Of a DNA stretch of 64,000 nucleotides, positions 1 to 10,185 are shown piece by piece; the stretch's first letter is position 1; each line of letters begins with the position of its first letter. Source of the stretch: a virus (lineage: Duplodnaviria > Caudoviricetes). The position numbers were made by a program, and so were the translations under genes. Below the pieces are notes generated by a model. The model searched no databases. It saw only the letters and a program-made list of their open reading frames with translations, and was not told the origin of the DNA. The stretch covers positions 20,047 to 84,046 of the IMG/VR virus record IMGVR_UViG_3300037483_000925. One strand, 5' to 3'.

Positions 1-234
1 GTTGATCTTGCTGGCGGTGGGGGAATGCTCGCACCAGGCATCGTCCCCGATCTCCAGGGCTTTCACCCCCCTGTACTCGTAGGGGAAATTGGTTACCAGC
101 CAGATATCATCCCTGACCCATCCCAGTCTGATGCTATTGTCTATCTGGACCCTGGCCAGGATGTCGGCCTCGTTCCCCCAGTCCAGGCCGGTGAACGCCT
201 TCTTGGGGCTGATGTAGATCATCAGGTTCTTCAT
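1..234 (-). CDS. Partial glycosyltransferase-like protein, paralog of 2412..3122, runs off the window edge
   Basis: Not in the ORF track. Manual translation MKNLMIYISPKKAFTGLDWGNEADILARVQIDNSIRLGW...LVTNFPYEY...SKIN aligns closely with 2412..3122. ATGA overlap with the upstream gene. Confidence 0.8.
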   Translation of the reverse strand, partial: MKNLMIYISPKKAFTGLDWGNEADILARVQIDNSIRLGWVRDDIWLVTNFPYEYRGVKALEIGDDAWCEHSPTASKIN

Positions 235-1142
235 ACCCGTCTCACAAATATGTCCTGGTGACCCAGGTGAACCCACATGGAGTAGCGGTGGTTCCCATCC
301 AGTATCCGGCCAGCGGCATCGACTATGATCGTCCTCTTGAGACCGTTGTCCTTGACATCCTGGTACAGGGCCACCTTCCTCTCCACCCACCGGTTGAGGT
401 AATCCTCGGTCCACTTGGCTCGGTATTTCTTCAATATCCGGTAGTAGCCAGTGTCCTTGTAATTCATACCGGAGTCGAGCTGCCCGTAGAACCGATCCTG
501 GACATGGTTGCTGGAATCCAGGGAATCGACCGCCGCCCTGGCCACGGACCCGGACCTAAAGCACAGGCTCCGCAGCTTGCGGGCATGCGGCCCAGCCTGG
601 GGTAGGGCATCGATGAACCCGACCTCCTCCCAGTCCCGAAAGAAGCCCCTGATATCGTCTATGTCGGATGAGGGGTGGCATCGGTTGAGAAATTTCTTCT
701 CATCAGTCACGACGATGCAATAGGCGGTCTTGCGCCGGAGCCCGTCCAGGTAGTCCAGCCAGTCCTCAATCCTAAAATAATAATGGCTGTTGGCCAGAAC
801 GGTGTAGTCGGCCACGGGCAGGGAGTCAAGGGAATCCTCCATCCTGGCCTTGATGATCCGGTAATTGCCGCCGTTCCTATCCCGCCATTCGATGCCCCGG
901 GCCACGGCCTCGGAGCTGGAATCCACACCCACGGCGTCGAAGCCCCGGTCCTCGGCTAGCTTGAGAAACAGGCCGGCATTACAGCCCATATCCACCAGGA
1001 TCAGACCGGAGGCATCCCCAGACAGAAACGGGGCCACGAAATTATTCCACTTGCCCTCATTCCAGAACGGGGACCCGAGCTCCTGGAAATCACGCTCAGT
1101 TTGAGGCACGTCCAGGCACTGGTATGTGGAGTATGCCTTCAT
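231..1142 (-). CDS. Class I SAM methyltransferase fused to a C-terminal ParB/Srx-like domain
   Basis: LVDMGCNAGLF SAM-binding motif; C-terminal IIVDAAGRILDGNHRY ParB-like motif. Start moved to MKAYS (ATGA overlap). Confidence 0.7.
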   Translation of the reverse strand: MKAYSTYQCLDVPQTERDFQELGSPFWNEGKWNNFVAPFLSGDASGLILVDMGCNAGLFLKLAEDRGFDAVGVDSSSEAVARGIEWRDRNGGNYRIIKARMEDSLDSLPVADYTVLANSHYYFRIEDWLDYLDGLRRKTAYCIVVTDEKKFLNRCHPSSDIDDIRGFFRDWEEVGFIDALPQAGPHARKLRSLCFRSGSVARAAVDSLDSSNHVQDRFYGQLDSGMNYKDTGYYRILKKYRAKWTEDYLNRWVERKVALYQDVKDNGLKRTIIVDAAGRILDGNHRYSMWVHLGHQDIFVRRV

Positions 1143-1753
1143 TCCTCCTCCAGGAAATCGGTCACGAAATGCCACTCGGCATCGGTCGGGACATTGAACA
1201 AATTGGCCAAGCACCGGCCCAAGTCATTGGAGGTGCCGTAGACGTGGCCGTGGAGCTTTAATAAATCAGCGGATAAGACAAAGGGCATATCAATGTTGTG
1301 CGAATACCGGTAGAATCTCCCGGTCCTTTCCATATGGGGCTTCGCCGGATCAACCGCTCCCCACCAGCCCGCCTCATCCAGGGCCTGGACCGTGCCGCTG
1401 GACCATTTCCAATGCGGGGCGCAGAATCCCCTCTCGAACGGCAGGCCGTCCCTGCCAAATGCCTCCTCGATGGCCGGCATGATCTTCAGCTTCATGGTAC
1501 CGTAGTCACAATTCCTGAACTCCGCCCCGTGGTGGTCGAAGCCGTGGGGGATGATCTGAATCCAGTCTAGATTCTCCTTCACCCTGGCGAGCAGTTCATC
1601 CCTGATGAGGTACAGCCCAAAGTCCGCCCTCCTGTCCATCGGCACGGTAAACAGGGAGACCTTGAACCCGGGATAGCGGTCCTTGAGCGTCAGCAGCAGG
1701 TCCAGCCTGCTATTGACGACGCTGAAGTCGTGCAGGTCCAGACTGACCTTCAT
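1139..1753 (-). CDS. Polysaccharide deacetylase-like (NodB-fold) protein
   Basis: SLDLHDF, PHGFDH and FCAPHW motifs; lies in the glycan cassette. Confidence 0.6.
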   Translation of the reverse strand: MKVSLDLHDFSVVNSRLDLLLTLKDRYPGFKVSLFTVPMDRRADFGLYLIRDELLARVKENLDWIQIIPHGFDHHGAEFRNCDYGTMKLKIMPAIEEAFGRDGLPFERGFCAPHWKWSSGTVQALDEAGWWGAVDPAKPHMERTGRFYRYSHNIDMPFVLSADLLKLHGHVYGTSNDLGRCLANLFNVPTDAEWHFVTDFLEEE

Positions 1754-2424
1754 ATCCTCTTCCTCATGGCGAACACCCGATGGCGCTTAGGATCGGTCTT
1801 TTCCTCGTTAAACCATTTGGCTAGCTTGGCCCTTATCCTTCCCCTCGGCCCGTGGATCTCGATGGAAACCTGGCCTATCCTTGACACCAGGCTGTCGTCC
1901 AGGTCCTTGACTATCCGGTGCTCGGCGCCCTCGCAATCCAACTTGAGGAGATCGCAATGGCCCGGGCAGTGGTCCCGGAACACCTCGTGGATGGAGATGG
2001 ACTTGACAACCTGGAAGCTCCCCGGGTCCAGCCCCTCGATCAGGTCCGGGTATGCCGACGTGGCTCCGGAATTATGGGGATGGACAAAGAGCCTGGTCTC
2101 CCCGGGCTCGCCCACGGCCAAGTTCAGGCAATGAATCCGGTCCTTGAATCCGTTGACCTCCACATTATAGCACAGGACCTCGTAGTTGTAGGCCTCGGGC
2201 TCGAATGCCCAGACCTCGGCCCCGGCCCAGGCCGCCAGGATGGAAAAGGCCCCGATATTGGCCCCAATATCAACCACCACCTTGGGGTTCTCCGGCAAAC
2301 GGTAGTAATCCTCCCCGCCCAAAATCTCCTTGATGATCTTCTCGTCATGGTACCGGTACCGGGTCCGGAACTGGAACCCGAAGAAGCCCGTATCGTCATT
2401 CAGCGACCTGTCTACCCGATACAT
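1750..2424 (-). CDS. FkbM-family methyltransferase
   Basis: VVDIGANIG, AFEP and LLKLDCEGAE motifs. Confidence 0.9.
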   Translation of the reverse strand: MYRVDRSLNDDTGFFGFQFRTRYRYHDEKIIKEILGGEDYYRLPENPKVVVDIGANIGAFSILAAWAGAEVWAFEPEAYNYEVLCYNVEVNGFKDRIHCLNLAVGEPGETRLFVHPHNSGATSAYPDLIEGLDPGSFQVVKSISIHEVFRDHCPGHCDLLKLDCEGAEHRIVKDLDDSLVSRIGQVSIEIHGPRGRIRAKLAKWFNEEKTDPKRHRVFAMRKRI

Positions 2425-3122
2425 GATATCCCCGCCTCGGCAAATGCCTGCCTCAATCCCGGATTCATGGCCGCCGAAAACTTGCTCATGAGATAACCGC
2501 CCCGCTTCGTAGGATGAAAATGGAGCACTTTAATGGGTTTTTCCGCCTTCCTGAGATTAGACTCTACCCGGTGCATATTGATGTTATAGGCCACATCCAG
2601 GACCTTGTACCGACCGGGGGCGAGTCCTCCTTCCATCATCATCTCCAGGGCCGTCTCCTCCAGTACCTTCTTCTCATAGATGATTTCCCTCATGGACCCG
2701 AAGATGTCAGCGGCGCCTATCCCAAAAAACATGCTGCCGGTATTCAGCTTCCTGGACCAGCCAAGATCGGTCACCCCCAGGTCGCACATACCCAAGCCCA
2801 GGACATCCTTCGTGATGGGGCCGACCTGGAAGGCGTCAAAATCATGGTACCAATAGATTCTGCCATCCTCCACCAATCCTCTCCTGAACAGGTCCACGAT
2901 AACATTGATCTTGCTCATCCTACGGTCGAAAGTGCAGAAATTATCGTCATCCGCCCTCATGGCCCTAACCCTGCTGTACTCGTAGGGGAAATTGGTCACC
3001 AGCATGATATCCCCAGGCTCCCAGCCGAGGGTTAGGCTATTGTCTATCTGGACCCTGACAAGTTGGCTGTACTCACCCTCGAAGGCCCATCTGGGATTGA
3101 TGTAGATCATCAGGTTCTTCAT
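2412..3122 (-). CDS. Putative GT-A fold glycosyltransferase
   Basis: WYHDFDAF DxD-like motif, LNTGSMF, late VLHFH; cassette context. Confidence 0.6.
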   Translation of the reverse strand: MKNLMIYINPRWAFEGEYSQLVRVQIDNSLTLGWEPGDIMLVTNFPYEYSRVRAMRADDDNFCTFDRRMSKINVIVDLFRRGLVEDGRIYWYHDFDAFQVGPITKDVLGLGMCDLGVTDLGWSRKLNTGSMFFGIGAADIFGSMREIIYEKKVLEETALEMMMEGGLAPGRYKVLDVAYNINMHRVESNLRKAEKPIKVLHFHPTKRGGYLMSKFSAAMNPGLRQAFAEAGISCIG

Positions 3123-3736
3123 GTCCTATGCCTCACCACAATCAGGCAATCGTTCCTACGGCTCGGGGCGGTGAAGTTGATCCTCTCGCAGTCATAGTCC
3201 CCGTCCAGGCGTTCCAAAATGTACTCTGGAGTCCTCACATCCTCGATGATGTAGGTGACCGATTTCCAAAGCAGAGGCATCAGGGTCCGGCAGGCAAATA
3301 CCTGGTTCCTCTTGAGGTGGCTGGCGTCATCCACCAGGAGGTCGATGTCCGGGCCGGTCTGGCCAATGAGCATCTCCAAGTCCTCGGCCTTCCTCTCATC
3401 CACGACGAATGTCCTGATCCGCTCGGCCTCCAGCATGGACGCTGGCTGAATGTCGGCCCCGTAGACCAGGGCATTGGAGAAGAAATCCCGCCACATCAGG
3501 AGGCTGGCCCCTTTCTGGTAGTATCTCTTCAAGTGTTTGTCATAGATGATTGATACGTGGTCCATGGTCTCGTCATAGCCGATGCCCAGCTCCAGGATCT
3601 TCCTAATGGACTCCCGCCGGCTGCTGAACATTTTATAATAGAACGGGGTGTAGCTATGCACCAGTTGGGGGCACTTGTCGGTCCCGTACTTGTAGGCGAT
3701 GTCGCAGAGCTCGGTGGTCTGGATGTCGGCCTGCAT
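3119..3736 (-). CDS. SAM-dependent (sugar O-)methyltransferase-like protein
   Basis: TDK..HSY, ILELGIG, GASL.MW, YGADI and LLVDDASH motifs. Start moved to MQADI (ATGA overlap). Confidence 0.75.
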   Translation of the reverse strand: MQADIQTTELCDIAYKYGTDKCPQLVHSYTPFYYKMFSSRRESIRKILELGIGYDETMDHVSIIYDKHLKRYYQKGASLLMWRDFFSNALVYGADIQPASMLEAERIRTFVVDERKAEDLEMLIGQTGPDIDLLVDDASHLKRNQVFACRTLMPLLWKSVTYIIEDVRTPEYILERLDGDYDCERINFTAPSRRNDCLIVVRHRT

Positions 3737-4593
3737 CAGCAGTTCCCCCAAGTGGGCACGGGCGAGAACCTCTCTACCAGCCAGGACAGGGGATGGAGCA
3801 TGCCCGGATCCCCGCCGTTGGTCCAGTGCCTCGCCGCCCACTCGTTCCCGGCCAGGGCCTGGGCATCCCCTTTGTGACGCCTGGAGAAGCCCCCTCCCAG
3901 GTAGTGGTGCCTGCGTTTGGACAGGTGGGCGTACCAAGTGTTCTTATTGACCTTGATCTCGCCGCCGCCCAGCCAGTACCTGAGCCCGATCTCCAGCTGG
4001 TCCCCGGAGAAGGGGCCGTAGGTCTCCGGCCTGTCGTCCAGGAGGCCCACCTGCTCAAGGAAATATCTTCGGTGGGCCAGCCAGAACGAACCCTGGAAGG
4101 CCATGGTCTCGTCCACGGCGATCCCCCGCCTGGCCCGGTCCCGGCTCTTCCATTCTCCCACGAACATGCCATATCCGGACTCGGATTCGACCGGGGCCGA
4201 GAAATAATGGTAGTCCCGGAAATACCTGGTGATCCTGGCCGGCTCCCAGGAATCCTCGTCCAGGGAATAGCGCCTGGGGATGATCAGGTGGCTGGGGGCC
4301 ATGTCCCTGGTCAGGATGAAGTCGAACCCGGGGGCGAAGGCCACATGGGCATCGACCTTGGCCACGAACTCCCCCTTGGCCGCCTCCAGGCCAGCATTGA
4401 TGGCTCCCCTCATACCCCGGTTCCTTTTGAGGACGACGGGTTGGACCCTGGAGTCCTTGGGTAGGGGGCCGGGGTCATAGCCGTCGATCACCGGGATGAC
4501 CTCGACCTCGCCAGCGGCGTTGGCCAGCAGGGAGTCAATGGTCCGGTTCAGGTAGGGCTCCTCGAAGGCCGGTATGATGATGCTGAGCTTCAT
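3736..4593 (-). CDS. Glycosyltransferase family 2
   Basis: MKLSIIIP...VIPVIDG...NRGMRGAINAG...KVDAH. Confidence 0.9.
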   Translation of the reverse strand: MKLSIIIPAFEEPYLNRTIDSLLANAAGEVEVIPVIDGYDPGPLPKDSRVQPVVLKRNRGMRGAINAGLEAAKGEFVAKVDAHVAFAPGFDFILTRDMAPSHLIIPRRYSLDEDSWEPARITRYFRDYHYFSAPVESESGYGMFVGEWKSRDRARRGIAVDETMAFQGSFWLAHRRYFLEQVGLLDDRPETYGPFSGDQLEIGLRYWLGGGEIKVNKNTWYAHLSKRRHHYLGGGFSRRHKGDAQALAGNEWAARHWTNGGDPGMLHPLSWLVERFSPVPTWGNC

Positions 4594-4820
4594 TTGGGCC
4601 ACTCCGTACAGACCAGTTCAATATCCCTGATCTCAGAAATCAAAGGAAAGGCCATTAGGATTTTTCCATCTTTAGAATCGTATTTGATTATCTGACCGAA
4701 GGAGTCATCAGCGGCAATAATATGCTCATTGATAATCTCTCGTCCCGTAACCCTGTCAAATACCGTCCATGCCCAAGGATTAGGAATTCTGCCGCTTTCA
4801 TCTCTCATATCTACTCTCAT
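4590..4820 (-). CDS. Small AT-rich hypothetical protein between the GT2 paralogs
   Basis: ATGA overlaps at both ends; lower GC than the flanks. Confidence 0.6.
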   Translation of the reverse strand: MRVDMRDESGRIPNPWAWTVFDRVTGREIINEHIIAADDSFGQIIKYDSKDGKILMAFPLISEIRDIELVCTEWPK

Positions 4821-5623
4821 AATCCCCACCTTGGCCTGATCACGGCCTCGTAATAGTCCCGCCACACTTTCAAACAATATGCCCCGCTGTCCACGGTATT
4901 GGCCGGGTTCTCCTTGGTTCCATTGTTATGGGTCCGGGAGAAGGAACGATGCTTATGGGCAAACCAAGTATTCTTGTTAAGCACCAGCTTGCCCCCGGCC
5001 TGCCAGGTCTTGAAAACCATCTCGTGTGAGTCCTGGGTCAGGGGTCCGTAGCCCTCGGTCTGGAGCTCCCCGATCACGTCCAGCCACCACTGCCAGGGCA
5101 TGACCCAACAGGACCCCTGCATGGCCATGGTTTGGTCTATCATCTTATGGGCATTGGCCTTGTCTCGGGCAGGCCACCTGACTCCGGAGAACTTCTGAGG
5201 TCCGCCCTCGGGACCCTGGATGGCCAGCCTCTCGTAATCGACGTGGGGGTGATCCTGCATCACCTCCCACCTGACCGGATCCAGGAAGAATCTCCGGGCG
5301 GTCATGATCCAATTATGACGGCAGGACTCGACCATGATGCGGTCGAAACCCTGGGCAAACATGCAGTGCTCATCAGTTCGACAAATAAACTCGCCACGGG
5401 CCACGGAAACCCCGGCATTGATAGCAGCCCTCATGCCCCGGTTCCGGCCCAGGTGGACGTACCGGACCCGGGGGTCCTGCACTAAATCAAACTCTGGCCA
5501 GTAGCCATCGAGCACAGCAATGACCTCAAGTCGATCCCCGAGCTCGGAGGTGGCCAAGATAGAATCAATGGTCCTGGCCAGCAATGGGTCCTTATAACTC
5601 GGGATGATGACTGACAGTTTCAT
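4817..5623 (-). CDS. Glycosyltransferase family 2, paralog of 3736..4593
   Basis: MKLSVIIPSY...VLDG...NRGMRAAINAG...RTDEH. RBS precedes the ATG at 5623. Confidence 0.9.
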   Translation of the reverse strand: MKLSVIIPSYKDPLLARTIDSILATSELGDRLEVIAVLDGYWPEFDLVQDPRVRYVHLGRNRGMRAAINAGVSVARGEFICRTDEHCMFAQGFDRIMVESCRHNWIMTARRFFLDPVRWEVMQDHPHVDYERLAIQGPEGGPQKFSGVRWPARDKANAHKMIDQTMAMQGSCWVMPWQWWLDVIGELQTEGYGPLTQDSHEMVFKTWQAGGKLVLNKNTWFAHKHRSFSRTHNNGTKENPANTVDSGAYCLKVWRDYYEAVIRPRWGL

Positions 5624-5712
5624 ATAATTTTCCTTCCTTCCTTCCGGCTCTCCTTGCTGGAGATCAGGTAGGAGGCGCGGCCGTCCCGGGTCTGGGGGTG
5701 CTGACGGCTCAT

Positions 5713-6975
5713 TTAGTATCTCGCACTCACAGCCTGGCCGTCGATGGCGGAGCAGGACTGGCCGTCGATGATGATGCCGGTTATCCCCATAAAACCACAA
5801 ATAGAGGCATTTCCAATCCTAACTGTTGGGGTTCCTGCCGGGGTGCATTGCACAGCCAAAAGCGATCCGGCAGCGACAGATACGTTCTCGACATGATTCC
5901 CGGACACATCAGACGCCCCAGAGATAGCCACAGATTCGGCGGTAGACACCCCATCGTCATATAATGCAAAGGTGTAGCTCTTCCCCGCCCCTGGTGCACC
6001 ACTCAGGACAGCATAGATGCTCTTGGCAGTGAAGGCATTTGCGGCCACTTGGTAAGCATTGGCCACCGTAGCCCATGATACTCCTGGGTCGCCAGTTGTT
6101 ACCGGGGAATATTTCACATTGGCCGTATCCAGATTGCGGCCACTGGACATCGGAATGATGAAATCTCCGTCAACATCAGCGACAAACGTCAAGCCTATCC
6201 GGGAAGCGCTAGCTGCCGGGGCATTGGCAAGCGTGCTCATTATGGTTATTTTTTCCCCAGCAGCGGCGTGATAGCTATTTGTTAAGTCGTTCCCGCTGGT
6301 GGCGGTCTCTGAAATGGTTACGGAGACATTTCCAGGGGCACCAACCGATCCGGCGTTCGACCTTAATGTAAATGTCCTGGTTTTCCCACTCGCCGCAGCA
6401 CCAGGGGCGATACTAAGATAGACATACAAATTCTTAAATGTCCCGGCACAGGGGACGGTGAATTGGCAATCCGTCTCTGTTGTACTTGCATATGCAGCAC
6501 CGGTCAATGACGCATATTGGGTATCTGTGGTGGACAAGTTGACAAGAGCGTTTCCAAACAGCATGCTCTCTGCTGCTGTCGTGGAATCAAATTGAAACCC
6601 CCAATAGACAACGGCTGCGCCAGGGGTATTCGCAGCATCGACCTTCAAGCCAATTGTCTGAGTGGCAGAAACAGCGGCGGTATGAACCAGATCGGAGTTT
6701 TCTACCTGGGCGGCTCCTGAAATTGACGTGGTTATTGCAGTCGGGGTTCCGTTCACGACTAGCGTGAACGTCCAACTTTTTACGGGGTCACCTGCCCCCG
6801 GAGCGGCGGACACGATTACCCAAAGTCTGCTAAGAGTTCCCCCGGTAGAGGCCCGCTGCTGCCTTAATGATTCAACTCCACTGCTAGCCGCTGAACCTAT
6901 AGGAAGGAAATAGACAGTCCCTGTAGTCGGCAGGGCATTAGCACCGCTTGACCCGAAATAGAGAGAGGATGACAT
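5713..6975 (-). CDS. Probable virion protein with three tandem ~135-aa beta-sandwich repeats
   Basis: Ala/Thr/Ser/Gly-rich; (S)xAPGAG..K(S/T)xTFxL recurs three times. Confidence 0.6.
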   Translation of the reverse strand: MSSSLYFGSSGANALPTTGTVYFLPIGSAASSGVESLRQQRASTGGTLSRLWVIVSAAPGAGDPVKSWTFTLVVNGTPTAITTSISGAAQVENSDLVHTAAVSATQTIGLKVDAANTPGAAVVYWGFQFDSTTAAESMLFGNALVNLSTTDTQYASLTGAAYASTTETDCQFTVPCAGTFKNLYVYLSIAPGAAASGKTRTFTLRSNAGSVGAPGNVSVTISETATSGNDLTNSYHAAAGEKITIMSTLANAPAASASRIGLTFVADVDGDFIIPMSSGRNLDTANVKYSPVTTGDPGVSWATVANAYQVAANAFTAKSIYAVLSGAPGAGKSYTFALYDDGVSTAESVAISGASDVSGNHVENVSVAAGSLLAVQCTPAGTPTVRIGNASICGFMGITGIIIDGQSCSAIDGQAVSARY

Positions 6976-6987
6976 GATGTGTATCTC

Positions 6988-9123
6988 CTATTGAGCCGTC
7001 CATACACCATCGTGCTCGGCAGAACTGGATTCATCATAGTATGCAGTTTGTGTACAATCGTACTTTGCCCCATTGCCGTTATCGCACTGGTATTCATCGA
7101 CATCGCCAAACTGAATGCCGTGGGTGTTAACCCCTGGGGCATCGTTATCTCCCTCGGGTGCCCTGACAATCCGCTGTCCTGTGAAGGTTAGGTAGCTGGT
7201 GGCGGCGTAATGGAACCCCCAATGAGTAGAATGGATCACGTTAGCAGCCTTGCTAACAATCACGCTTGTGTGGTTCAGGGTTCCGCCAGAGGCAATAGTT
7301 ACTCTCATATACTGCCCCGAATCTATGGTCATGTTAGCCAAGGTTAAAGTAGATGCTAATGTAGTAGCCTGGGTCCGCCACTCAAAATGATAGCCCCCTG
7401 CCTTATCACATTGGCTATCCGTGCCGTCGATAGAAATAATGGGGAGTCCCATAACCGGGGAGGCAGCAAGACCCAAGAAATACTTGAGCCGGTTAGTTAC
7501 AGTCCCTCCAGTTATAGACAAAGTATTGTTATTGGTGTTAAGTTCTTGGAAATCCGAATAAATAGCACAGGTATAATCCGTACTGGCCGCAAGGCTGTCA
7601 ACTGTGGTAAATGTACAAGTTGCAAAAGTTAGCGTCTTATTACTTATGGCATCGCCAGAAGGGTGATTCCATCTAACGTTTACACAGCCACGGGGGGTCG
7701 TTCCATCAGCATTAGGAGTCACTTTTACAGTGACATTAGTGAAAGTCACATCGGACGGCATCACCACCAAATTGCCAGCATCCTTGCTCAACAAAGTAGA
7801 ATCATCAACGGTGACAACTGCATTTTTGACAACAAAGTCCCATCCGCCATAACCAGTGCGTTCAACTTGAGTTAGGCCGTCAATATTAATTACACTTCCA
7901 TCTGCGTCATCTTCATCAGTAACGCCCCAAGCTAAGTCGAATTGCGCCTCAACTGTGGTGCTTGCGATTGTCCAGTCGCAACGGCGGGAGTTATTATATC
8001 CTTCCTGTCCAGTGGAAAATTCAGCTTGTAAAGATGCGACATCAACAATTTGGGTTCTATCTCTAGGGGATTCGATTACACTACTGCTCACATCAACCAC
8101 CGAGTATCCACCGCCACTGGTCAGACCGCCACGATAACAATTCTGAGTCAGGATATTATTCGCCCGAACATCTACGTTTTGGAGAATAGTAGCCCCATCA
8201 GAAAGGGTATCTTTCAAGGTTACATTGTCAAGGATGAATAACAATCTCCCGGCATTTTCCTTAGTTGCTCCCCGGTTAGCCATTAAACAAAATGTGTAAC
8301 ATTGTTCCCTGGCTACATTACCCCAATTTACTTGATTAGGGCCATTGCCATCAATGGTGATGTTTTCCAAAACAAAACCAGGAGAAGCATCGGTTAAATG
8401 GGTCCAATAATAGGTAGAAGTAACCTGGGCAGTATTAGCAGTAAAGAAGTGAAATGCGTCGTCGTATTGAAGGATTTTAATACTGGCTGTCTTCGTATAC
8501 CCATCACTTGCATCGCCGCAGATGGTTACTTGCTGATTGCATGGCATCTTGACGGTGGCGTATCCGTTAGGCAGGATAGCCACAGTCCTTCCAGCCGGAA
8601 CCTTAACTACGCCGTTGTTAAAATTATCCTTAACATAATCGAGAATAGCCTGAAAATTTACCCTATCATTGGTTACTCCATCAACAGCGCACGCAGAGAG
8701 GCCATAACCTGGGTTGGTCACGTCTATCAGGGCTTCCCGAGCATCGTCGACGATGTTAACTTTTAGGGTGGATTTGACAAAACCAATTCCATCCTCGTTA
8801 GACAGAGTAATAGTTACCAGTTTGTCCTGGCCCACATATGTCCGATTAACCACTGTCAATGTAACCGGCGTTGCTGGAGTCTTAGCTCCATCAAGGATCA
8901 CGCAAGAGGTAGCAGAAAGTGTGTAATCCTGCCCCACCCCCTTGGTGGAGGTATGCGGAGCCGGAGAAGCGGACAGCGTAACAGTCGTCCCCCCTGCCGG
9001 AGCGTTCTCGGTCAGAGAGATGGGGAGTTGGAACACCTGGGCCTCGGTCTTATTCGCCGAGACAGACCAGATGCCAGCGCCAGCCAGGGGGTTGCTACCG
9101 CCTCTATACGCCAAAATAGTCAT
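6988..9123 (-). CDS. Spike or depolymerase-like protein (Ig/Calx-like N-terminus plus beta-helix)
   Basis: GVTNDRVNFQAILD...VKVPAG and LENITIDGN beta-helix-like motifs. Confidence 0.6.
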   Translation of the reverse strand: MTILAYRGGSNPLAGAGIWSVSANKTEAQVFQLPISLTENAPAGGTTVTLSASPAPHTSTKGVGQDYTLSATSCVILDGAKTPATPVTLTVVNRTYVGQDKLVTITLSNEDGIGFVKSTLKVNIVDDAREALIDVTNPGYGLSACAVDGVTNDRVNFQAILDYVKDNFNNGVVKVPAGRTVAILPNGYATVKMPCNQQVTICGDASDGYTKTASIKILQYDDAFHFFTANTAQVTSTYYWTHLTDASPGFVLENITIDGNGPNQVNWGNVAREQCYTFCLMANRGATKENAGRLLFILDNVTLKDTLSDGATILQNVDVRANNILTQNCYRGGLTSGGGYSVVDVSSSVIESPRDRTQIVDVASLQAEFSTGQEGYNNSRRCDWTIASTTVEAQFDLAWGVTDEDDADGSVINIDGLTQVERTGYGGWDFVVKNAVVTVDDSTLLSKDAGNLVVMPSDVTFTNVTVKVTPNADGTTPRGCVNVRWNHPSGDAISNKTLTFATCTFTTVDSLAASTDYTCAIYSDFQELNTNNNTLSITGGTVTNRLKYFLGLAASPVMGLPIISIDGTDSQCDKAGGYHFEWRTQATTLASTLTLANMTIDSGQYMRVTIASGGTLNHTSVIVSKAANVIHSTHWGFHYAATSYLTFTGQRIVRAPEGDNDAPGVNTHGIQFGDVDEYQCDNGNGAKYDCTQTAYYDESSSAEHDGVWTAQ

Positions 9124-9124
9124 T

Positions 9125-10174
9125 TTAGGCCACTATCCCAATGGACCTTTCGGGCCGGAAAAAGATGGTGTCTGCGGTGATAACATCCGCCACATTTTGA
9201 ATAACCTGAGTAGATACTGCCGGAACCGTCTGCTGCATAGCACCAGCGGTAGTTACACTCAGCCAGAGTTGGGTTAACAGACCGGACCCGGCTACGCCCC
9301 AATTCCACCCAGCTACGTTCGTAACATGGCCGGAGTAGATGAAATCTCCAGAGGCATCAGCCAGAATCCCGCCAGCGTTTACGCACATAACGATGGCTGG
9401 GCAGGTAGTCGTGGCTCCAGCATCCCCGATAGCCTTCTTAAATTTTCTCACCCCACCGCTGAACCAAGCGTAACAAATTTCGCCAAAAGCCAGGTTCTCC
9501 CCAGCCACTCCAGTAAAGGGAGGGTCGCTAGTAGTCTGGTCAGCAGGAGCAATGTCAATGGCGATGTCTAACTTTGCGTCAAGCTGGGTCTGGATGGCAG
9601 AAGTAACGCCATTGCTATAGCCTATCTCTGTGGCATCAGGCGCACTTGCCCCACCCAACCGTCCCTCAAGGCTGGGATTAATCAACACCCAGGCGGTGCC
9701 GTTGTATTCCAGGTAGCAGAGATAATTAGCAGCGGGAATATCCCCGGCCACTAGAGCGGTGCTGGCATACTTGACAATGGCCTTGGTAGTCAGACCGTTA
9801 GGGGTGAAGGTCACAGCCCCGGTATTGGCCCCTGCCGCCACCAGAGTTACCCGGGTGCCGTTGGTAAGGGTGACTGCCGGGGAATAAGTCGCGGTGATCG
9901 CATCGACCGTGCCGCCCGCCGCCGCGGTAGGAAGGCCGGGGGCGTAGTCGGTCCAGGGAGTTGCCGCAGTACCATTTCCTGCCCCATCACCCTTAAGTAT
10001 GGCCGAGGTAGAAGAAATAGTGGCCCCGCCAAGGACTGTTAGAAGATTGGTCAAGGTAACTATCTTGGGTTCGTAATCTGACTCCGAGTCCCATACAAGA
10101 AACAGATCATTGCCAATGGGTGTCACCTTGGCCGTATATTTGGAATAACTCTTCGGCAGTGGCTTGGGATACAT
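9125..10174 (-). CDS. Fibre-like or structural protein
   Basis: Ala/Gly/Thr-rich; GANTGAVTFTPNG...GDI...YNGT.WVL fibre-type segment. Confidence 0.55.
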   Translation of the reverse strand: MYPKPLPKSYSKYTAKVTPIGNDLFLVWDSESDYEPKIVTLTNLLTVLGGATISSTSAILKGDGAGNGTAATPWTDYAPGLPTAAAGGTVDAITATYSPAVTLTNGTRVTLVAAGANTGAVTFTPNGLTTKAIVKYASTALVAGDIPAANYLCYLEYNGTAWVLINPSLEGRLGGASAPDATEIGYSNGVTSAIQTQLDAKLDIAIDIAPADQTTSDPPFTGVAGENLAFGEICYAWFSGGVRKFKKAIGDAGATTTCPAIVMCVNAGGILADASGDFIYSGHVTNVAGWNWGVAGSGLLTQLWLSVTTAGAMQQTVPAVSTQVIQNVADVITADTIFFRPERSIGIVA

Positions 10175-10185
10175 GATCTTCCTCC

